Source of the DNA: Antedon mediterranea
Lineage: Eukaryota; Animalia; Echinodermata
Direction: 5' to 3'
DNA: 64,000 nucleotides
Assembly (NCBI RefSeq): GCF_964355755.1
Contig: NC_092671.1
Location: forward strand, 5,890,001 to 5,954,000
In this document: positions 62,401 through 64,000 of the stretch, in pieces
Layout of the letters: every line of letters begins with the position of its first letter
Position numbering within the stretch: position 1 is the first letter of the stretch
Notes under the pieces: generated by a model
What the model saw: the letters and a program-made list of their open reading frames with translations, nothing else
Databases searched by the model: none
What the model was told of the DNA's origin: nothing
Translations under genes and position numbers: made by a program

Positions 62401-63976
62401 TATGTATTTATAAACATTAGTAGGTCAAAGGTAATTATTTATAAATGTCAAGGTTCTCAAACCCCACATGGAATTTCCCCATGGAATATCCCCTTTAACT
62501 ACTTCCGATTGGATCAATTGTTAACCTTAGTTCTATTTTGTATTTAAGTCATGAAACGATCTACATGACATACTAAATTCACAATTTCTACTTTATTTGT
62601 TTAAAATATTAATCCTGGGAAATATGTATTCACATTAAGATATTGAATTTTCACATTTTCATATCTACTTCTTTAGAAAATACAATATTCTATTAAAAGC
62701 CAGACAAACAGCCATAGCAGTGTTCAAATCTCATCCAAACTTGATTCTCTACATCTGTTTCGAAACATCAATAAAATAATACAACATTATACAGTATGCT
62801 GAAAATTAGCCTGTGATTAAAATTTGCAAATATTTCAACAATTCATCCAACCTTTTACCCTGGAAATTAAATTTAACTGGTGAATCAAATTGGCCTTGTC
62901 ACTTTTTGTCATGAACTTTAATAATTTCAGTCTACTTCTATCACATATTCATTAATAATGTTTTGTTCGTTATCAAAGTTATCCTTTTTTTTAAATCAAA
63001 TTAATTGATTTTAACATATTTGTAAAGCTGTTGCACCGCCTGTTGGTATAATAGGATTTGTTGAAATCTCACATATTGATGGGTTGAAACATTATATCCT
63101 ATTTCCATATCTGATTTATGATGCTGTATTAAATGAAATTAAATTATTTAGTTGTAATAGTATATTTAAAATGAATATGATTCTTCAGAATGTCATTTAT
63201 TTCTTTTAAATAGAGATACATATTTAATATTATTTTAGTGGCTTAACTTTTAATTGAGACAGCTTAAATTTTAATTAAGATAGCTTAGTTTTTATATAGA
63301 TATCTTAGTTTTTAATCTAGGTAGCTTACATTTTGATGGAGATATTTAAAAACTTATATCTATCTTGCAACTTGGCATGCCATACATCAATCGAGTTGTA
63401 TTAAGTGTTATCACTATTGTTATGGTACCACCATTTTGCTCATTATGTGTCATATTGAAATTTATGGAATATGAAAATTATTATTACTACATCTTTTTAT
63501 TTTGTTTTATTTATTTATATATTTGGACCATATTTAATGAGGGTGATCCATCCAGCAATTGCTGATCATTAGGGACCCTCAGAGGTTCACAAGACAAACA
63601 TATACACAAGATGCTCTAAACAAAGTCTTTACAAGTCTTTGAGAGTGGAGTTGTAAATTTGTCCTGACATGTGACTGGACTTGAACTCAGGACCCTTGGA
63701 GAGGTAGCCAAGCATCATAACCACCAAGCCACAACTCCACTTTATAACTCTAACCTGTTGGTATTCTAAATATTATTGATTTTATTAATATTAATTTATT
63801 ATTGTATACATTACAGACTAATAACAAAAAAAATAAGAAGAAAAAGTCCAAACAACCTCAAGAAAAAGAAACTGATACGAAAACAAATGATGCAGTACCT
63901 ACAGCCGGTTCAGGTGCTTCAGTTTCGGCAAAACAGTCCGCTTCTACGAAACCTGTTGTTGAAAATTCAATCAAAC
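44443..63976 (+). CDS. SPATS2: Spermatogenesis-associated serine-rich protein 2 (SPATS2/SPATS2L family), 5' part; continues beyond the window
   Basis: Exons 44443-44467, 54155-54243, 56976-57084, 60503-60555 and 63817-63976 splice to MARKSTTTGSPTDVFFDTRTKAV...QLKEKIATVREVVPNKSNDEIVLVLQHFDDDPEKAIQSFTEDGAAEVLNEWSYQRKKGKTNNKKNKKKKSK. This matches the recalled SPATS2 N-terminus (MSRK..FIFD..MKEKINAVRAIVPNKSNNEIILVLQHFD..EVLKEW..KKKNKKKK). The first exon is less certain. Confidence 0.88.
49580..49747. mobile_element. MITE family A copy (an internal fragment follows at ~49843-49925)
   Basis: AGCTCTGTCTACACTATCAAAC ... AGACAGAGCT with the shared internal ATATCACTACCATATTTGGGC repeats. Confidence 0.82.
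50952..51549. mobile_element. Non-autonomous TTAA-TSD DNA transposon (Kolobok-like)
   Basis: TTAA|AGACACCTTACCTAC ... GTAGGGAAGGGGGCT|TTAA; CpG-rich interior. Confidence 0.7.
51830..52349. mobile_element. MITE family C, longer copy
   Basis: TAATAAGGTTTCGCAACCTTACGAATACGATAACGAAAACGGATACGTCAC ... GTGACGTATCCATTTTCGTTATCGTATTCGTAAGATTGCAAAACCTCTCTATTAG. Confidence 0.85.
53674..54042. mobile_element. PIF/Harbinger-like MITE
   Basis: TTA|GGGTAAGTTCAGATCCATGGAGTTATGCTT ... AAGCATAACTCCGTAGTGTCTGAACAGGCCC|TTA. Confidence 0.75.
54990..55420 (+). mobile_element. 5'-truncated LINE (CR1/L2 group) 3' end: ORF2 C-terminus + 3' UTR + (TAAA)n tail
   Basis: Translation YFIPRPSLEIFKQCFSYKAPMYFNMIPKIIRQSENVISFKRELKQFISS* has the typical ORF2 terminal pattern (F.Y..P..(W/F)N..P..IR......FK..LK). 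An AT-rich UTR, the stem-loop GAGGGCCC..TGATCAG..GGCTACCCTC and (AATA)n follow. Confidence 0.75.
56608..56952. mobile_element. MITE family B copy
   Basis: TTAA|AGATGTATTGTCCCCC ... GAGGGACAATACATCT|TTAA; ends ~23 nt before a SPATS2 exon. Confidence 0.85.
59160..59900. repeat. Higher-order minisatellite: ~19-20 bp monomers (GAGTCATATGGTTTTTAGN) arranged as a 78-bp tetramer, ~7 copies with decayed flanks
   Basis: GGTCTGGAGAAGAG recurs every ~78 bp from ~59303 to ~59771. Confidence 0.92.
60605..60744. mobile_element. MITE family A copy
   Basis: AGTTCTGTCTACATTATCAGAC ... TTTGATAGTGAAACAGAGCT with TTA on both sides. Confidence 0.8.
63505..63740 (-). mobile_element. tRNA-derived SINE (family S1), second copy
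   Basis: High identity to 35039-35288 over its whole length. Confidence 0.85.
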
Positions 63977-64000
63977 GTAAGTTGTTCAAATTTTAAGGTA

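Overview
AT-rich, intron-containing animal genomic DNA; the gene set and repeats suggest an invertebrate deuterostome, possibly an echinoderm (inference). By hand-splicing GT-AG exons I reconstruct six protein-coding genes. (1) The last three exons of a MEKK2/3-type MAP3K (+). (2) A complete ~1108-aa secreted protein with signal peptide, WAP-like domain, 14 sushi/CCP domains and an F5/8C domain, LEV-9-like (+). (3) A ~255-aa Shiftless (SHFL/RyDEN/C19orf66) homolog with an atypical KH-like N-terminus (-). (4) A C7orf57 homolog (-), head-to-head with (5) MCRS1 (+). (6) The 5' part of SPATS2 (+). Non-coding space holds many non-autonomous DNA transposons, tRNA-derived SINEs, a 5S-rRNA-derived SINE-like element, LINE 3' ends and four ~80-bp minisatellites. 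The most unusual item is an 80-bp array inside the sushi gene that multiplies an exon/intron junction into 14 potential 60-nt phase-symmetric cassette exons separated by 20-nt GT..AG spacers. Also notable are the KH-like Shiftless protein, the 5S-headed element and MCRS1-SPATS2 linkage as in human. Gene names come from recalled protein motifs, not from database searches.
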